Of a DNA stretch of 64,000 nucleotides, positions 59,601 through 64,000 are shown one piece after another. The number at the start of each line of letters is the position of its first letter. Position 1 is the first letter of the stretch. The notes beneath the pieces are model-generated. The model was not told where the DNA came from. It was given only the letters and a program-made list of their open reading frames with translations, and ran no database searches. The DNA is from Octopus bimaculoides. Taxonomy: Eukaryota. The position numbers and the translations under genes were made by a program. The stretch spans positions 126,224,416 to 126,288,415 of the forward strand of contig NC_068981.1 in NCBI RefSeq assembly GCF_001194135.2, in the 5' to 3' direction.

Positions 59601-61959
59601 AAAACTGCCATGCAAAACAAAATATATCAAGTTTATAGACTAGTGATATATCCAAATGTAAAGATGTTTAACAGTGAAATGGCAATAATATCCAACACCT
59701 CTCTATACATCTTGATGTAATCATTTTACATGCGAGGTCCAATTCTACAGAAATATTCTACACATAGAGACACAAAAACAAGACAATTTGAAAGTCAGTT
59801 TGTAAAACAACTATTGTATTGTAGATTTTTTTCTTAAGAATTCACATTATTCTGTCAAAAGTATTTCTTATTTACTCATATGTCTTGAATTAATCTTGCA
59901 TTACCTTGAAGCGTTGAGATTTTGATAAGGTAACTGTTAATTATTAGAATGACACTGCAGAGTAGGTGTGAGAGGCCAAAGCTGGCCTGTTTGAACATAA
60001 AACAGGTAGAATATTTGGGCTGGAAACGGTCAGTTTAAATACTAAAGGGTTAAAGGAGAGAAAATAGGAAATATTTCACATACTGTGGCACCCTAAAATT
60101 GGTGGATTTAAAGGAGCCGGATTAGGAAATGAAAATTTTACAATATAATCCCTTGGCTTTTGAAGAAGTTCAGTAGGTTTGATTTCCTCAGCAAATAAAC
60201 TCTGTTTAGATTTGTTTTTCTGCTGTTTCCGTGTCAGAGCCTCTTTCTGTTTCGTTTCCTACAACAGAATCAAAAAGACACATAAATTATGACTAAAATT
60301 TAACCCTTTTGATATCAACCTGCCTGAAACTGCTCCCATTTCAATGATATAAATTCCATTTTGAAGGGATCTAAATTAAAACTTTCCAAGTGAATTTATG
60401 TTCTAAATATAGTTTAATAATGACTAAGTTACTTTACTAAATTCTGACAGAAATATAGTAACAAAAATGAATAATACAGCAGAGAAGATAGCTCATTAGC
60501 TGGGGCATCTGATACCACACACCTGCAATGTCTAACAGAAGAAACTGTTTTACTCTGTAATCTTCAAATACAATTTGGAGAAGTTCAGATAAAAATTGAT
60601 ATAATTATTTGCTAGGATTAGGACATTACAAGACCAATAACAACAATATTGGAGGTAACTGAAACAGGAGATCAGATGGTTTACTATAACTAATTTGAGT
60701 TCTATAATTGTCAAATTTGTCTTTCATCCTTCTGGAGTTGACAAAATAGACTGCAATACACTATACATGGTTCAACTCTACCCTGTTCATATTTGTACAC
60801 TGGTTAGACAAGAGAAATATATATCTTTAGGGTAGATACAAAGTGAAGAACACTCATTATTAATCATAAATAATCTGAAAGCTGTATGCACTGAGGCAGT
60901 CAAGCTGCTGCAGAGCAAAAGACATTTGTTAGTAACAAAATTAAAGCTTATGGTGTAATACACAAGCCAACTTAATAGTGGATCAACAAAAGGTAGGTAA
61001 CAACTCGGGTGTTGTTCCCTGCTTACCCACTATCCAGATTGGTGGCTTACAATCCAACTTCTTGTCAGAGAAACACTATACAGAGGGATGCAGATCTGCC
61101 TCTCAATTGATACCTTGTAAATCAAGATAGCCTCAGCTCAATGAGCCAACCTATGCATAAAAGGGTTTTATCCTTGTGAAAGCAACAAGTTTAAGTCTGA
61201 CACAACATTCAGATAAGAATAAAAGGATTCAGTTTATGATAAAGTTAAAGAATATTGATTAGACATTAAAACAATTTTAGGAATCTGTTGGGTACAACTT
61301 CCTTATTACGGAATACCAGTTATTGAGACATGATAACTGTTAGGCTGTGTACTAGGTATCTGGACATAGGAGTTCAAATATTACATTGGACTCAAAACAT
61401 AGGTAAATTACATAGCTCACTTCAGTTTTCTGATTCATAATAGAATTCATTTTAATTTAAAGCTGAACATTTCACAGCAAACTGGAATCTAGTGATAAAG
61501 ACAAACACTACTGCATACATCAATCAACAACTTTCCAGCAGATATCTTTAACCTTATGCTTTTTTTCCCCATGCTAGCATGGGCCTTCTTCAGTAAAGCA
61601 GTTTACTACTTCTTCCTATGTCAATTTTAGTATTCTTCCACAAGTTTCTTCCACTTGGATTCCTTGGCATTTCTTTATCCAACTGTCATCCTTTATGTGC
61701 ATCACATATCCATATCAGGACAATTTTCTCGCTTGCATAGTACATGTGATTCCTCTTACACTTGATTTTTCTCACAGCTATTTGTGTTCTTTCATTCATT
61801 TACACTAATGTTACACTAATCTACAGAGAAAAATATTTAAAGTTACCGCTTGTTTAGAAGATTTCCCAGAAGCCTTCAAGTCACGTAGTCTTTTCTCCTG
61901 TTTTTCATATTCTTTTAACTGTTCCTTTCGCTTTTGAATCAACATTTTTTTGAAGGCAC
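53460..61959 (-). CDS. ABCF1: ATP-binding cassette subfamily F member 1 (ABC50), last 9 coding exons, 5'-partial; complement(join(61847..61959,60084..60258,59396..59470,59213..59283,58005..58037,57041..57112,55289..55450,54789..54861,53460..53644))
   Basis: Manual splicing gives 959 nt (2 nt + 319 codons including TGA) with all GT-AG introns. NBD2 motifs are intact: Walker [11 protein letters not shown]-loop YDQH, signature LSGGQ, Walker B/D-loop [12 protein letters not shown]-loop VSHD. The linker [36 protein letters not shown] matches ABCF1 as I recall it, rather than ABCF2/3. Confidence 0.95.
53830..54220 (-). mobile_element. Third RTE-clade family (RTE-1-like) 3' fragment in the last ABCF1 intron
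   Basis: Frameshifted translation [48 protein letters not shown] resembles the RTE-1 thumb pattern LFNSTVLPAMLY..QRAMERSMLGISLREH. Confidence 0.7.
54789..54861 (-). CDS. ABCF1: ABCF1 exon, Walker B and D-loop ([24 protein letters not shown])
   Basis: tattag acceptor, g|gtttgt donor, 73 nt. Confidence 0.97.
55289..55450 (-). CDS. ABCF1: ABCF1 exon, ABC signature ([54 protein letters not shown])
   Basis: tttcag acceptor, ttg|gtaaaa donor, 162 nt. Confidence 0.97.
55845..56063. mobile_element. hAT (Charlie-type) MITE, 219 bp, in an ABCF1 intron
   Basis: Perfect 16-bp TIR cagtggttctcaacca / tggttgagaaccactg and perfect 8-bp TSD atctaagg (55837-55844, 56064-56071). Confidence 0.94.
57041..57112 (-). 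CDS. ABCF1: ABCF1 exon, Q-loop ([24 protein letters not shown])
   Basis: gtacag acceptor, atg|gtaagt donor, 72 nt. Confidence 0.95.
57849..57947. repeat. Exact 49-bp tandem duplication (period 50)
   Basis: agtgatattatttatatgacaagttaattgaaattgtcttttattaaaa occurs twice. Confidence 0.95.
58005..58037 (-). CDS. ABCF1: ABCF1 33-nt exon ([11 protein letters not shown])
   Basis: tttcttag acceptor, ctt|gtaagt donor; supplies the segment equivalent to human THGEMRKNHRL. Confidence 0.92.
58936..59143. mobile_element. piggyBac-type MITE, family 2, 70 bp from the ABCF1 Walker A exon donor
   Basis: TTAA at 58932-58935 and 59144-59147; TIR cccttttgttac / gtaacgaaaggg (11/12). A partial relative lies near 60300-60450. 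Confidence 0.82.
59213..59283 (-). CDS. ABCF1: ABCF1 exon, Walker A ([23 protein letters not shown])
   Basis: ttttcag acceptor, ccg|gtatgt donor, 71 nt. Confidence 0.96.
59396..59470 (-). CDS. ABCF1: ABCF1 exon ([24 protein letters not shown])
   Basis: ttttag acceptor, g|gtatgt donor, 75 nt. Confidence 0.94.
60084..60258 (-). CDS. ABCF1: ABCF1 exon ([16 protein letters not shown]...[28 protein letters not shown])
   Basis: ttgtag acceptor, a|gtatgt donor, 175 nt. Confidence 0.95.
61847..61959 (-). CDS. ABCF1: ABCF1 exon, inter-ABC linker ([37 protein letters not shown])
   Basis: ttgcag acceptor and gcg|gtaact donor on the minus strand, 113 nt. Confidence 0.95.
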
Positions 61960-63019
61960 CTGCAACAAATTGAGGGCAGACATAAAGGATTTTGTCAACA
62001 GACTTATAAAATATCCAATTTGTGAAAAATAAACACATTCATGCTTTAATCAAATAGAAGAGGTTAAAAAAAAAAAAGTAAATAGAGTAGTGATTGGCAA
62101 AAGTGATAGAATTTCAGATAAAATATGCTATAGCATTTAGCTATGTTTTGAGTTCAAATGCTGCCCAAGTTGATTCTGCCTTTAATCCTTCTAATGTCAA
62201 TAAATTAAAAGTGCCATATACAATCTAGTATAAGTCATACTTTTTTCTCACAACAGAACATAAAAACTAGAATGTGACTTATCCACAGAACATATAGAAA
62301 ATATTTGTTATATGGGTAAGTAGCAGTTCATAAAATATTAGTTTTGTTGTTTAGCTTCATTCTGAAATTGCACACTTTAATAATTTATCTATTTACAAGT
62401 CAATGACAAAAATATCATGGCAGTTTTTGAATCCCATAATTTTGTCTTGTGTTAGAAAATGAATTTGTTGTAATGAAAATATGGAGGTGATGGTGTGCAT
62501 GTGCCTGAGTAGAAGCAGTATAATTTATGTAGTGTGTGATCTATCTACAAAACAAAACATGCAGCTGTATGTAATTAAATAAATGTAATAGAATTATCGA
62601 AATAAGAAAATTAAGATCTCAAGAGCTACAAAATATGTTTACACATAGTTCTGATAGATATATTATGAGGAAAAATATATTTAGTTTAGAATATTTTGAT
62701 AGAGATTTCATCTATGTGTGTGTGTATCCTCATCATCATTTAGCATCTGTTTTCTATGCTGGCATGGGTTAGACCAATGGGAGTGTCCATGCAATAAAAT
62801 AGTAAATTGGGGATCTACAATAGTATTTTACAAGCACCTGAAAAGATTTTGTTTTAAATGTGTGTATTGGTTTCTTTCTCTAACATTTCACATAGTTCAA
62901 CCTACACAAGTTAATGTGTGAAATAAAAGTTTGAAAAAGTTTCTATAAAACTAGTTTTTAAACATCGAATTGTTATGAGGGTCCACCAGAATAAAGTAGT
63001 AGTCAAAAGAGCCCATGGA

Positions 63020-63290
63020 TAAAAACTGGATGAGAACCTCTGGGTTAGACGGCTTGATGGTACTGGTAAGCCAGAGAGCTGCACCAGGCTCCAATCTGTT
63101 TTGGTTTGGTTTCTATGGCTGGATGCTGTTCCTAATGTCAATCACTTCATAGAGTGTAGTGGGTGTCTAATGTGTGTCACTGGCATGACTGCCTTTCACA
63201 TGTCACCAGCACTGGCCATGACTACAATTTCACTTGGCTCGAAGTGTCTCCTCAAGTACAGTAAATCGCCAAAAGTCTTGGTCACTTGAC
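63020..63290 (-). mobile_element. Diverged long-type RTE 3' end linked to the ORF terminus
   Basis: Minus-strand SDQDFWRFTVLEET precedes a UTR homologous to 2172-2805. Confidence 0.7.
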
Positions 63291-63954
63291 TTTTGGTGAT
63301 ATGCACCCTTTCTTACCAACAAACATCACTTTCCTGTACAGTTTGCCATTACTCCCTCTTCTGCAAGCCACTCATTACTAACATCCAACACTGTCTCTTA
63401 TCATCTCTACAACTACTCACTAATTACTCTCTCTCTCTCTCTCTTTTATCAGTAAACACTACTGCCCTTTCCTAGAATTCTCTATCATTACTCTTTTCAT
63501 CAAACTTCTCTATTACTCCCTCCTCTACCACCTTGTCATTGTTTCACATTCTCACCCTAGTTCTTCCTCTGTCGTTACTCTCTCTTCTAGGACTCTTTAG
63601 TTATGCAAAGTACAAGACAACCTCATTAATAATAAATAGAGCAACAATAAAACATCCAGCACACTCTGGGAAAGTGGTATTTGGCAAATGAACAAAGATA
63701 ATTTGGTGCTGAGAGGGAACTCTTAGTCCCTGCCAAGGACATAACCTTTCTAGTGTTAATGTCATCATAAAAAGCAAGTAGTACTCTTTGAAAAATAGTT
63801 GTTGTAGAAATGATATAAAAAAAATAAATAAATAAATGAACAAGATATGGTTTGCCAACTTGGTCGTGAAGGACAGTAACATTAAATAAGAACTGACTTA
63901 GATTGTGACAACCATCCAATGTATGTCAGCATAGGAAGTAGAAATAACATGATG

Positions 63955-64000
63955 ACAATTGGAGATTTCTGCGGGACAACCTGTTGAAAGCCACCGACCA
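63955..64000 (+). mobile_element. Start of another RTE copy at the window edge (DNWRFLRDNLLKATD)
   Basis: Close match to the reverse complement of 46093-46140 (GNWRFLRDNLLRAID). Confidence 0.75.

Noticed and set aside
9919-61959. U12-type or non-canonical introns in either gene
   Set aside because: All 18 introns are GT-AG with U2-type donors; none has the GTATCCTT signature.
61960-64000. Further upstream ABCF1 exons
   Set aside because: No segment encoding the expected ...YYxGNY sequence with a donor was found; the region is mostly repeats, so NBD1 exons probably lie beyond the window.

Overview
AT-rich, microsatellite-dense animal genomic DNA from a gapped assembly (11 N-runs). The gene structure, repeat families and simple-repeat density suggest a coleoid cephalopod, probably Octopus; this is an inference. 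Two multi-exon genes face each other tail-to-tail, and both were built by hand because the ORF track misses almost all exons. MAP2K7/MKK7 lies on the + strand: 11 coding exons at 9919-28048, 350 codons to the stop, with the first exon(s) not found. ABCF1 lies on the - strand: its last 9 coding exons span 61959-53460, covering the inter-ABC linker and NBD2, and its 5' part is not found (likely beyond the window end). All introns are GT-AG and exon phases join without frameshift. Most remaining recognisable sequence is transposon-derived: at least three RTE-clade LINE families, a CR1-group fragment, a HERO-like fragment, two tRNA-type SINE families, hAT MITEs with 8-bp TSDs and piggyBac-type MITEs with TTAA. 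I found no prokaryotic-type system, CRISPR array, rRNA or intact tRNA. The most interesting items are an RTE 3' UTR carrying a variable-copy 65-bp double-hairpin array, an RTE ending in three tandem C2H2 fingers, an internally deleted RTE, a pre-miRNA-like hairpin between the genes, and the MAP2K7-ABCF1 adjacency. None is shown to be a new biological system.
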